DNA of 64,000 bases from a virus. The stretch covers positions 25,243 through 89,242 of IMG/VR virus record IMGVR_UViG_3300022592_000003. One strand, written 5' to 3'. Under the pieces are notes generated by a model that saw nothing but the letters and a program-made list of their open reading frames with translations, did not search any database and was not told the origin of the DNA. This document shows positions 29,235 through 38,181 of the stretch, in pieces. The position numbers and the translations under genes are program-made. Position 1 is the first letter of the stretch. Each line of letters opens with the position of its first letter.

Positions 29235-29471
29235 CTAGAGCTTTATATCTTCGTTGAAGCCGACTTTCTTTAGATCTCGCAAGATGTTCTTGCCAGCTCT
29301 ACGATCACCCAGAGATTGTGGTCCGAAGAACACAACCTTTCGTGTATCTGGGTTGACCACCTTAACGTGGTGTTTACCTGGCGTGATGCTGACTTCCAGG
29401 CCAGCTATCTCTAGGGCATCCACCAGCTTGCGTATTTCCTTTGTCTTTATTGGCAATGATGCAAATAGCAT
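29235..29471 (-). CDS. HicA-like protein
   Basis: IRKLVDALEIAGLEV...GKHHVKVVNP...DRRAGKNILRDLKKVG. Confidence 0.6.
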   Translation of the reverse strand: MLFASLPIKTKEIRKLVDALEIAGLEVSITPGKHHVKVVNPDTRKVVFFGPQSLGDRRAGKNILRDLKKVGFNEDIKL

Positions 29472-29539
29472 TCCATCATTCCCCCTTTCTTGGTGTAGAC
29501 TTGGGGCGTAAGCTCTTAAAGAACAGAGTTCACGCCCTC

Positions 29540-29568
29540 AAGGCCCCGGGATTGCGCCCCGGGGCTTT
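29540..29568. terminator. GC hairpin
   Basis: GGCCCCGGG/CCCGGGGCT stem. Confidence 0.5.
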
Positions 29569-29764
29569 ATATTTCTTCGATTGTTTCTATGTATGCTTCC
29601 TCATTGGGTCTGTTCAGATCCTTAACATTAACCCAGTTGGCTACATTCCTGTCGTATACGCATAGACTCCACTCTCTGTTACTGTCTATAGACTGGTCAT
29701 CTACTCTCCACTTTTTGATCTTGACTCTGAACGTAACACGTAGGTCATATAGATCGTTATCCAT
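29567..29764 (-). CDS. Hypothetical protein
   Basis: AGGGG RBS. Confidence 0.55.
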   Translation of the reverse strand: MDNDLYDLRVTFRVKIKKWRVDDQSIDSNREWSLCVYDRNVANWVNVKDLNRPNEEAYIETIEEI

Positions 29765-29811
29765 TTATCCCCTATCTCCTAATCCATTCTAGCGGGATTG
29801 TTTGTGTTGGG

Positions 29812-30006
29812 TCAAATTTCAAAGCCGGAGTCATCATAGATCTCCCCGATCTCTGTCCAACCAGCCATTTCATCCTTAGACCATAGATGCGTCTCATCAT
29901 TTGAGATGCTGTTCTCAGCCATGGCCACCGCATCTTCACGGTTATTGGCTTCAAGCGTATAGTCATAGATCACATGCTCATGGATAGTTACTCTGTATCG
30001 TTTCAT
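29812..30006 (-). CDS. Small acidic hypothetical protein
   Basis: MKRYRVTIHEHVIYDYTLEANNREDA..; resembles 28625-28834 in pattern. Confidence 0.65.
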   Translation of the reverse strand: MKRYRVTIHEHVIYDYTLEANNREDAVAMAENSISNDETHLWSKDEMAGWTEIGEIYDDSGFEI

Positions 30007-30146
30007 CCCTTTACCTCCCAATCGTCACATACGGATTGAACTGCATCATCTAGATCTGCACAGAGGAGTTCGATCTCATCCTCTGACCAGTCAGCTACCA
30101 TCAAGCGTGTTACTTTTGCTTGCCAGACTACTTCGTTCTCAGGCAT
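30003..30146 (-). CDS. 47-aa hypothetical protein (not in ORF track)
   Basis: AGGAG RBS; MPENEVVWQAKV...; ATGA coupling. Confidence 0.55.
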   Translation of the reverse strand: MPENEVVWQAKVTRLMVADWSEDEIELLCADLDDAVQSVCDDWEVKG

Positions 30147-30612
30147 TTAGTGCTCCTGTCTCGTAGGTGAGTATTGCTGCTTCATCGCTGAAACATTCTT
30201 CAACGATCTTTGGGTGAACTTCTTCCCGCATTACACGGAAAGAATCTCTAGGCCAGCCTTGATCCATAACCCTAGTAAGTAAATTAGCTAAGGCATAGTC
30301 TGGGTAGGTGGTGTTTGCGTACTTCAGAAGTTGTGCTGCCGCTTCATCCTGCCCTAACTCGTAGCGGAACACTGCTTGGATTGTAATGAATGGGGCTAGA
30401 TCTTCAGACGGTGCCTTGCGACACATATACTCGATAAACTCAAGACTGTCTTCAATACCCCACTTCACTGGAGCACCCATCAACCAGTCCCTAACCTGTA
30501 GGTCAGAGTTAACGCCTAAGATAACCGCCTCTAACTTTTCACCGTCTAAATCAATTCCGGTGTTTAGTGTCTCGGTGATTAACTCACATACTAGCTTTCT
30601 TGTTACTATCAT
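30139..30612 (-). CDS. DUF4192-like helical protein
   Basis: DLQVRDWL...YELG...A...PDYALANLL. Confidence 0.55.
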   Translation of the reverse strand: MIVTRKLVCELITETLNTGIDLDGEKLEAVILGVNSDLQVRDWLMGAPVKWGIEDSLEFIEYMCRKAPSEDLAPFITIQAVFRYELGQDEAAAQLLKYANTTYPDYALANLLTRVMDQGWPRDSFRVMREEVHPKIVEECFSDEAAILTYETGALNA

Positions 30613-31066
30613 TCTTGCTCTCCTTTTTTACGATGGTACGGAATGTCCTACCGGGTGTAGGCCATTTGTATGGCAGGTCAGGACGTACACGAAACCGGTA
30701 CCAAACCGGATCTTTACGTTTGAGGTTAGAACGATGTGACTTGTGGAACTCATCGTTACCCCACCACCATGGTGGATCCCAACCTTGTATATCGTGTGTT
30801 GCATATAGCTCTTGCAGCTGTGCCTGTACGTTATCTTGATAGCCACGTTGTCTCCACTCCATGCACATAGCGTTCGTGTACATGTAGAGATAGCCTTCGT
30901 GACCACGCCACATTACTGCTGCAGGGTGATTAACCCACCCCTTAGTTAGACCTAAGTTAGCCCTCAGAATTTGCAACGCTTCTACACGTTGCTTACCAAG
31001 TCTCTTATTGTCTAAGGATTTTGCTGTTCTTGTTTGGTCTGGCCAAGGCAGGAATGTATTAACCAT
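30584..31066 (-). CDS. Pyrimidine-dimer DNA glycosylase (DenV/MSMEG_6728-like)
   Basis: TFLP...LDNKRLGKQRVEALQIL...GWVNHPAAVMWRG...PWW...FHKSHRSNL. Confidence 0.88.
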   Translation of the reverse strand: MVNTFLPWPDQTRTAKSLDNKRLGKQRVEALQILRANLGLTKGWVNHPAAVMWRGHEGYLYMYTNAMCMEWRQRGYQDNVQAQLQELYATHDIQGWDPPWWWGNDEFHKSHRSNLKRKDPVWYRFRVRPDLPYKWPTPGRTFRTIVKKESKNDSNKKASM

Positions 31067-31142
31067 TAGTCCTCCTTAGGCTCTATACACTTGTGGTATT
31101 CCCACAAGCCTTGTTTCATGTGATCTCCACACCAATTGCACA

Positions 31143-31301
31143 TTATTCCTCCAATAGCATTGGGATTAGATCTTCTGCATCATGTTTGATGAGTAGGTTG
31201 CGTACGGTCTCTTTGTTCTTAGCGTAGAGATCGTCCTCTCGTTGTTTAAGCATCTCACTCAGCCATGTGGCTGGGTCATCCTGTCTTAAACGGTTGTTCA
31301 T
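31143..31301 (-). CDS. 52-aa hypothetical protein (not in ORF track)
   Basis: MNNRLRQDDP...; ATGA coupling. Confidence 0.5.
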   Translation of the reverse strand: MNNRLRQDDPATWLSEMLKQREDDLYAKNKETVRNLLIKHDAEDLIPMLLEE

Positions 31302-31489
31302 GCTTGACCTACAAGCACGATGTGGTTATCTTGGGCCCACTCTTCAGGTTCAGATACAGATTCGATGGTGAGGTTTTCCCCACCATCGGCTAGTTCATCT
31401 GACGCATACAAGAGCCACATCTGGGCGCTCTCGTAATCGTTGAATGGTCCTATCAACGTCTCAGTGAGACTGTCGTATATGACATGCAT
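31298..31489 (-). CDS. Hypothetical protein
   Basis: GGAG RBS. Confidence 0.6.
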   Translation of the reverse strand: MHVIYDSLTETLIGPFNDYESAQMWLLYASDELADGGENLTIESVSEPEEWAQDNHIVLVGQA

Positions 31490-31512
31490 TTTGACTCCAT
31501 TGTTTGTGTTGG

Positions 31513-33348
31513 TTAACGATTGCGCTTTTTGATAGCGCCTGTGACTACTGACTTGGCAAACGGTAGAAGATCACGAGCCGACTTGATTCGACCATAGATC
31601 TCAGCACCGTGACGCCATTCATTCTCATTAGATCCTCGACCTGCATACCATTCAGCCGTACTGTCATCCATGATCAATGTCATGGCTGTTAGCACGCCTC
31701 GCTTGGCAATACGTTCGATGATCTCATCGTTCTTGTTGGCGTCAAACGCACCGTCGGTGATGATGAACAGCATCTTGTTCTTCTTACGAGAGGACATAAG
31801 TAACTGTTCGGCAGCAAGCAATGTGGAATACGGATTGGTTCCACCATTGCCATAGATGAACTTATACCTGCTCTTATCAGCAAGCTCAGTACGGCCATAC
31901 GCCAGCTCAGCCTGGTCATCGAATGCATAGACTGTGACTGGAGCACCGATCTGTTCTAGAGCACGCTTGATTGTCCAGCATGCGATAGAAGCATCACGGT
32001 CGTTACCACCACCGGACATAGAGCCTGATCTATCCACCATGATTACGGCTTCAACATCAGCACCATCATTGCCTTCGTCCCAACGATCGAATGCTTCATC
32101 AACTTCACAGCCTCTGATAGCACGCTGAACATTGAGCTTACCGCTGGCTTCCTCACGATGCCACATAGGTTCACACTCGTCACGCAAACGTTGTAGTTCA
32201 CGAGCAAACTTGCGATACAAGACCATGGATTCATCAGGGACGATAGTCTTATCGAACTTACCCTTCTTGATCGCATCATCATGTTTACCGTCTCCGCCAA
32301 CGATTACCTTCTGCTTAGTCTTGATATCCTGCTGAACGTCTTTACGTTCTAGCACTGTCTGGATAGTGTCCTCAAGCATGTCTTTGACTGATTGTGGAAT
32401 ACCACCAAGACTATCTACATGGCCTTGGCCAGGAGTCATAGATGGTGGTAGGTTGCTCTGCTGATTTTGCTCTCTAATGTCTAGAGCTTCTTGAGCAGAT
32501 TGTGGTTGCGTGGTTGTTTGTGTTGGATTGGATTTAGGAGCGACTGATGTTGACTCAGCCTTACCCATACCACCAGCACGCTTGGCATCCTTCTCCTGAG
32601 CCTTGCCAGGTTCGGGACGACCTTTGGTTACTGGGTCACGATTAGTACAGCCGTTAGGACCTTGCGGCATGTTCGGCATGTCTAGATTACCTAGCACCTC
32701 ATCATTGAAGCGCTTGATAAGTTCCTGACCCTTAGCATAGTCACGTGGGAATGCCAACAGACGATACTGATCTACGATGTCTGCGATTACTGGCACGAGT
32801 TCAGGCTTAGCAAACATATCTCTGAATGCTTGCCTGATTTCAATTGGTAGATATCTACGACCACGGACTAGCAAATAGTTTCCTGCTGCTTCCTCCGGTG
32901 TTGTTGATAGCCACCTAGATATTGTTGCTGTTAGATACGGCGCAATAGATGGATAACGAGCGACTAGCAAGGTTTCAATACGCTGATCCTCCAGCATATT
33001 GGCTGCTTGCATTAAGTCGTTCTCGACTACCCACTTCATGAACGTAGTACCACGACGTGGTGTATACAAGTGATGAGCAAGCTCATGATAATTAAGGCCG
33101 TTGACTTGAGTTAGTGTCTCAAGATCTATCTCCTTGATCTCATCGGCATTGAACGTAATAGATTGTCCGTCTGACCATGCTGGCGCTGGACCACCTTGAA
33201 CTACGTTAATCGTAACCGGATCTCCAGAGAGAACACGGTCAGCCTGCTCATACACACGGCAGAGAGCGTTGAGTCGTACAGATCGTTCCTGTGCTTCCTC
33301 GTCACGTTCCTGCCGATACCACGCATCATTCAGGTCTTCCTCAAACAT
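31513..33348 (-). CDS. VWA-domain protein with N-terminal HExxH region (CobT-like)
   Basis: HELAH, LEDQRIE; MIDAS DRSGSM, GGT, ITDG. Confidence 0.88.
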   Translation of the reverse strand: MFEEDLNDAWYRQERDEEAQERSVRLNALCRVYEQADRVLSGDPVTINVVQGGPAPAWSDGQSITFNADEIKEIDLETLTQVNGLNYHELAHHLYTPRRGTTFMKWVVENDLMQAANMLEDQRIETLLVARYPSIAPYLTATISRWLSTTPEEAAGNYLLVRGRRYLPIEIRQAFRDMFAKPELVPVIADIVDQYRLLAFPRDYAKGQELIKRFNDEVLGNLDMPNMPQGPNGCTNRDPVTKGRPEPGKAQEKDAKRAGGMGKAESTSVAPKSNPTQTTTQPQSAQEALDIREQNQQSNLPPSMTPGQGHVDSLGGIPQSVKDMLEDTIQTVLERKDVQQDIKTKQKVIVGGDGKHDDAIKKGKFDKTIVPDESMVLYRKFARELQRLRDECEPMWHREEASGKLNVQRAIRGCEVDEAFDRWDEGNDGADVEAVIMVDRSGSMSGGGNDRDASIACWTIKRALEQIGAPVTVYAFDDQAELAYGRTELADKSRYKFIYGNGGTNPYSTLLAAEQLLMSSRKKNKMLFIITDGAFDANKNDEIIERIAKRGVLTAMTLIMDDSTAEWYAGRGSNENEWRHGAEIYGRIKSARDLLPFAKSVVTGAIKKRNR

Positions 33349-33357
33349 TTACCCTCC

Positions 33358-34767
33358 TTATACTATGGCGGTGTGTTGGGTTACCCATTGTGCTAACTGC
33401 TCATCAATAGGTAGGTCTACTTGCTGCTCAACTTCGATCTGGATTTCCATACCGAAGTCAGTCTTGATGTTGTGCTCGTGTGTCTGGAATACCAGACGTA
33501 CGGATGCTTGCTCGTCTGCTGAGAAGTGAGCAATGAAGTTCTCAACTGCAAAGTCATAGCCGAGATCCTCATCCTTGATGAACTCCTCGATCTCCATGAG
33601 CATGTTAGTTGAGATTGGGGTCTCATACTGACCCTTGGCTGCCTCGCCACGCAATTGCTTAACGAGTGATAGCAAGGACTTGGATGAGACTAGCTTTGCC
33701 TCGACATTGTCGTCGTAATCCCATGACAGTTGAATGTCAAAGCGGTTACGCATAGCAAAGTTGAGCGGTGTGGTACCGATATAGTCTGGGTTCATGGTCG
33801 CAAAGATTGTTAGATCCTTGTGGGCCACGATTGTTTCACCCATATGATCGAGCAGCGTAATGCTACGACGACCATCGGTGAGTGGATATAGGGTGGTATA
33901 GATCTTAGGACTGATGAAGTTCATCTCGTCCAGTAGTAGTACACCACCGTTGCGAACAACGTCAGTTACTGGCCCGTCAATCCAGCCATAGCTGCCGTTG
34001 CCATCAGGAATAAAGCCACCGAATAGCTGGCGAGACTCCATAGATGCGTTACCAGATACTGTTGCCATACGCAAGCCACGTGCTGCGGCCCACGCTTCAA
34101 CAGCTGTAGTCTTACCGGGGCCGGTTGGGCCGTAGATAAGAACGTTGATGTGCTTATCACGTGCTTTGTCGAAGATGTTGAAGTCTTCAACGTTGTACAG
34201 CTTACGATGTACATATCGTTCTGCCAAATGCTGTGGCGGAACTGTAGCTAGTGATACAGCAAATGTTGGAGACGCTGTCTGCTGTACAGGAGCGGCATCC
34301 TCGTTTGTTTGTGTTGGGACAGGAACTACTAGAGGAACTGTAGTGCTTGTCGCAGCACGATTATCTGTTACGTATGCTTCCAATGAATCATCTCCGATGC
34401 TGATTTGTTCGTAGAAGTTACACACAACATCTACCAGAGGTGTTGTGTCTGTTGTTGGTTCAGCCTTGGAATGCTTGTCGCATGCCTTGGTGCCCAACAC
34501 TGGGGAATATCCCTTGGAAGTCATGGCACGCTCATCCGCTGGCGTAACGTATACGCCAACAGGAGTCCGTGTCAATATCTCACTATCCAAAATGCTACTA
34601 GTTAGACTGTCAAGAGTAGTTTCCTCCCACTTATTGTGAGGACCCTTAGTTCCATCGGTCAACCTAGAGTACACACGCACATTACCATCATGCGGTGTGA
34701 TAAGAACTTGACGACGCTTGCCGTTCAAGCCCTCATCGTATGACTCAGTGAACATTGCTATGTCCAT
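33358..34767 (-). CDS. MoxR/CbbQ/CobS-like AAA+ ATPase
   Basis: GPTGPGKT, LLLDEMN, TMNPDY, AMRNRF. Confidence 0.92.
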   Translation of the reverse strand: MDIAMFTESYDEGLNGKRRQVLITPHDGNVRVYSRLTDGTKGPHNKWEETTLDSLTSSILDSEILTRTPVGVYVTPADERAMTSKGYSPVLGTKACDKHSKAEPTTDTTPLVDVVCNFYEQISIGDDSLEAYVTDNRAATSTTVPLVVPVPTQTNEDAAPVQQTASPTFAVSLATVPPQHLAERYVHRKLYNVEDFNIFDKARDKHINVLIYGPTGPGKTTAVEAWAAARGLRMATVSGNASMESRQLFGGFIPDGNGSYGWIDGPVTDVVRNGGVLLLDEMNFISPKIYTTLYPLTDGRRSITLLDHMGETIVAHKDLTIFATMNPDYIGTTPLNFAMRNRFDIQLSWDYDDNVEAKLVSSKSLLSLVKQLRGEAAKGQYETPISTNMLMEIEEFIKDEDLGYDFAVENFIAHFSADEQASVRLVFQTHEHNIKTDFGMEIQIEVEQQVDLPIDEQLAQWVTQHTAIV

Positions 34768-34793
34768 TTGTTACCCTTTCTCTCGGTTATTGC

Positions 34794-35033
34794 TTAGTTG
34801 TCAGGACCGAACAGTCGTTCGGCCATCACAGTTATGAAGGTGAAGCTTGCTTGCCTAGATTGTGGCCACTCAGTAATCAATTCAAATAGAATATCTTTCT
34901 CAGAGGCACTATCTATTACTTTGCTGAATTGTCCTTGAGCAAACTCAATGAACTCTTCACGTTCTTCTTCAGGAATCATGTCAAGAGTAAACTCTTGTGG
35001 TTCGATTCCCTCATCGTCACATTCGTGACACAT
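34794..35033 (-). CDS. Acidic hypothetical protein
   Basis: AGAAAGGA RBS. Confidence 0.65.
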   Translation of the reverse strand: MCHECDDEGIEPQEFTLDMIPEEEREEFIEFAQGQFSKVIDSASEKDILFELITEWPQSRQASFTFITVMAERLFGPDN

Positions 35034-35051
35034 ATGCTTTCCTTTCTCTAG

Positions 35052-35215
35052 ATGTTTGGTTGGCTTACCTCTGGCGCCTTCAGGGACTTTTGGGTCTAGC
35101 TCAACGTCACCTCAACTGCCGCTACACACGATGGTATCTGTGTGCACTAGTCATTTTGGATCGGTCTCTTGCATCACCGCCGGTATGTCGGAAGTAGGCT
35201 TAGCCAACCAAACAT
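35052..35215. ncRNA. Candidate structured element bounded by a 14-bp inverted repeat
   Basis: ATGTTTGGTTGGCT/AGCCAACCAAACAT plus nested inner stems in an intergenic gap. Confidence 0.45.
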
Positions 35216-35225
35216 AGCTGACAAC

Positions 35226-35522
35226 CTAGAGCTGCCAGCCGATCGAGACACTTACTGAACCATCTACATCATAGTGATCTAGATTGATTCCACGTTGCCA
35301 GCGGTCAAGCATTACCTTTTTACCGCTTTCACGTGTGGATTCGTAGCAACCAAGATATGACTCGTGGTAATGCTCGAAGCCTTTATGTCGGGTGTTATAT
35401 ATTTCCAAGTACTGTTGATGTGCTTGGATACGACGTCCGCAATTGCCGCAAGAGTTGATTGCTGTTACCAGTTCATTCTCAGAGGCTGTCTGCGACGCCC
35501 TTAACTTAGCCTTTTCAGACAT
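35226..35522 (-). CDS. Hypothetical protein (CxxC)
   Basis: GAAAGGG RBS; CGNCG. Confidence 0.6.
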   Translation of the reverse strand: MSEKAKLRASQTASENELVTAINSCGNCGRRIQAHQQYLEIYNTRHKGFEHYHESYLGCYESTRESGKKVMLDRWQRGINLDHYDVDGSVSVSIGWQL

Positions 35523-35553
35523 AGTCACCCTTTCTCGGGTTTGTTTGTGTTGG

Positions 35554-36054
35554 TTAGTATTTACCCTGGGCTTTTTCCATGACTACAACGTCAACAGAGT
35601 TTTGTGTACTGTTAACGAGGATGTCATGGAAAGCACCATGGTCCATCTGCTTACTTAAAGCACCGGCTACAGTACCTAAGTAATTTCCTGCACTGCCTGG
35701 CTTATTACGGAGAATAGCCCGTGTAGCCACTACAGTTTCACCCCATGCATATGCAAGAGGCGCTAGATATTCACTGTATGCCTTCACAGTGTTATCCATT
35801 CCATCAGGTGTGCCAGCGATAGCAGCAGAAAGAATCTCGAGGGTGCGAGATCTTTCTTCAGTATCTGCGTTTGACAACAGGAAGCTCATTACAGCATCCC
35901 TGAAGTTTGTAGATATCTCGCTCATCTGTACTAGATTGCGAGGAACTAAGCCACCTCTAAGGTACTGCGATGCAAGAGCAGGATCCGTTGTTTCACCTGA
36001 CATGTATGCAGCGATAGAGATGTTAGGATCATAATTAACTTTGAGATCCAACAT
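35554..36054 (-). CDS. Helical hypothetical protein, weakly like 30139-30612
   Basis: FRDAVM...YAWGE pattern. Confidence 0.6.
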   Translation of the reverse strand: MLDLKVNYDPNISIAAYMSGETTDPALASQYLRGGLVPRNLVQMSEISTNFRDAVMSFLLSNADTEERSRTLEILSAAIAGTPDGMDNTVKAYSEYLAPLAYAWGETVVATRAILRNKPGSAGNYLGTVAGALSKQMDHGAFHDILVNSTQNSVDVVVMEKAQGKY

Positions 36055-36772
36055 ATGCGGCTACCATCCTTTCTAGTTCGTTCATTGGTTGTTTTACTAT
36101 GTTGCCATTCTGTACTCTGATAGGCGAACCATCCCAAAGTACAGAAACCTTTTTATTCCCATAGTCACGCTTGCCAAGACCGTTACATGACCAACACATT
36201 TCTGTTAGTTTTGTTAGGTGACTGTCTGTTTGATTATGACTACATTCGAGTTGGTGATACTTTCTCCAATTATTTGAAGGCTGTGCGCCTGGATGATCAG
36301 GGCAAATAAATGTCCCATCCTCAGCAGTACTACCTACAAAACAAGTTGGTGGATTACACCAGCCATCTATTTTGCCGATCTGCCTACACATACGGCAGCC
36401 TTGGGTCTTTGATGGGGTAAACGCAGCATCACGTTCGGTGATATAGAATTTGAAATTACGGCGGTTAACTTGAATACCGGCATACTTCCAGATGGTATAT
36501 CGCATGCTCTGACTATCTAAGCAATTGAATGATCCACCCCAATGGGTAGATACCTGACCACCTTGTAAGGTCATAGTATCGTCAGGGTGAATTGTGATTA
36601 GTGGGTGCCTGTTAGTCCATTGATTGACTATCTGTATGTCGCTAGTCTTATTGAACTTGTTGGCATACTGAATGCGATTGCGTTGACCGTCATAGAGCGT
36701 ACGCTCCCATTTCTTACGGCCATTAGCAAGATACGATTGCCATTCAGCATACGTATGAACTCGCCAACTCAT
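36035..36772 (-). CDS. Cys-rich hypothetical protein
   Basis: CRMCRQIG and CWSCNGLG (DnaJ-like CxxCxGxG). Confidence 0.65.
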   Translation of the reverse strand: MSWRVHTYAEWQSYLANGRKKWERTLYDGQRNRIQYANKFNKTSDIQIVNQWTNRHPLITIHPDDTMTLQGGQVSTHWGGSFNCLDSQSMRYTIWKYAGIQVNRRNFKFYITERDAAFTPSKTQGCRMCRQIGKIDGWCNPPTCFVGSTAEDGTFICPDHPGAQPSNNWRKYHQLECSHNQTDSHLTKLTEMCWSCNGLGKRDYGNKKVSVLWDGSPIRVQNGNIVKQPMNELERMVAAYVGSQS

Positions 36773-37080
36773 TGCGCCTCCGCTGTCTCAAATAAACCTG
36801 CATAGCAGGCTACAGGAGCTGGATCCTCCATGTCAACATACTGGAGTTCGATAACACGCTCACGGTCACGCTCGAGTGTTTGTGTTGGCTCATTATCGAA
36901 CCACACAGATGTGAGTGATATCACAGATGAATCAGGTTTGAGTAACTTGAGGGCAAACCCCAAGCCATCCATCAAGCCACTGTGGTATGCACGACTATGC
37001 TGATGGTCATCCCAATGCAGGTCATCGTGCTCCTCAACTATCTGTTGCTCTATAGCCTTTACTATCTTCTTGCGCTTCAT
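36769..37080 (-). CDS. Hypothetical protein
   Basis: ATGA coupling. Confidence 0.6.
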   Translation of the reverse strand: MKRKKIVKAIEQQIVEEHDDLHWDDHQHSRAYHSGLMDGLGFALKLLKPDSSVISLTSVWFDNEPTQTLERDRERVIELQYVDMEDPAPVACYAGLFETAEAQ

Positions 37081-37349
37081 ACTAGTGACTTACCTAGTAG
37101 GGAAACAGACTGAGGGTTGTAAACCTTGCCTGTCTTCCAATGAGGTATTGATTTGTGATCAGCACGACCACCGGCAGCCTTCCAAGCCTCACGCTTTTCG
37201 TGGCTCTTGAGAGTACGACCGTTGACATGTGTGAAGTTAGACTTCTCCATCTGTGCTGGTCCTGGGTTTTGCTTGCGAGCCTTACCGTTCTTACGGTCAC
37301 CCGCTGTGTTTGCTTTCGGAGTTGATACTCCGCCTTTACCTTTTGCCAT
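37077..37349 (-). CDS. Basic hypothetical protein
   Basis: GAAAGGGG RBS. Confidence 0.6.
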   Translation of the reverse strand: MAKGKGGVSTPKANTAGDRKNGKARKQNPGPAQMEKSNFTHVNGRTLKSHEKREAWKAAGGRADHKSIPHWKTGKVYNPQSVSLLGKSLV

Positions 37350-37369
37350 TGTCTGGCCCCTTTCGGAGG

Positions 37370-37624
37370 TTAGTAGATTGTCTCTACACTGCTGTGTAGA
37401 GTTGTGATGCCATCCTCATCCCATAGGAATGAGGCTTCCTTGTAGGTCAGTCCCTTATAGGCAACCGCATCTACAATGAATTCTAGTCGTGCGATAGAGC
37501 GTTCAAAGACTCCTTGAACAGTCTCATCAATCAGTAATATGCGTCCTTGCTTGAAGGCTTGTTCTTGTACCTCAGCAATAGTTAGCTTAGGTGAGAGGCG
37601 CATCTCAAGATATATATCGTCCAT
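37370..37624 (-). CDS. Hypothetical protein
   Basis: TAATG coupling. Confidence 0.6.
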   Translation of the reverse strand: MDDIYLEMRLSPKLTIAEVQEQAFKQGRILLIDETVQGVFERSIARLEFIVDAVAYKGLTYKEASFLWDEDGITTLHSSVETIY

Positions 37625-37890
37625 TATTTATGCCAATCTACTAGATAGGTTGTGCCCCACTTATCATAGGGAATGTTGATGATGGTCCAAATCTTCCACC
37701 ACCTATATCCTGCTCGTGATAGTTCAGTGCCGTTGTAATGGGCAAAGTCTTCATGATCTAATGCTCGCTCTATCGCAAAACTTGATAGATGATTGCAAGC
37801 ATTGGCAAACCACCTGAGTGGCAAGATGTTGGTCTTGTGCTCTGGTGTGGTTGAATACTCAAACCTACCGTGCAAGTCTTCCGGTTCCAT
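37624..37890 (-). CDS. Hypothetical protein
   Basis: AAAGGAG RBS. Confidence 0.65.
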   Translation of the reverse strand: MEPEDLHGRFEYSTTPEHKTNILPLRWFANACNHLSSFAIERALDHEDFAHYNGTELSRAGYRWWKIWTIINIPYDKWGTTYLVDWHK

Positions 37891-37912
37891 AGTTACTCCT
37901 TTCTATTAGTAA

Positions 37913-37940
37913 TGAGCAGTTTATAGAGATGCTCAGCTCT
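37913..37940 (-). ncRNA. Compact H-type pseudoknot, copy 1
   Basis: AGAG CUGAGCAU CUCU AUAAAC UGCUCA. Confidence 0.65.
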
Positions 37941-37987
37941 TGGCGAGGGAGGTTTTCTGACTACAAGTCATCCCGCACTCCGTGCCG

Positions 37988-38060
37988 TGCCCTCAGCCAG
38001 AATCGAACTGGCAACACTCACCTTAGGACGATGATGTTCTATCCATTGAACTATGAGGGC
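37988..38060 (-). tRNA. tRNA-Arg(CCT), CCA not encoded
   Basis: GCCCTCA/TGAGGGC acceptor, TAGTTCAATGGATAGAAC D arm, TCATC-GTCCTAA-GGTGA anticodon arm, GCCAG-TTCGATT-CTGGC T arm. Confidence 0.9.
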
Positions 38061-38061
38061 G

Positions 38062-38092
38062 TAAGCAGTTTAGCCTTGTCATGCTTAGGACA
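38062..38092 (-). ncRNA. Compact H-type pseudoknot, copy 2
   Basis: UGUC CUAAGCAU GACA AGGCUAAAC UGCUUA. Confidence 0.65.
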
Positions 38093-38181
38093 GGAGTTCT
38101 TTTACCTCAGGAAGAACTATAGAAACCAACCACATGTGGACTCTCGTCTCTTAGACCACTTAATGTGTGTTATTAAATTGT

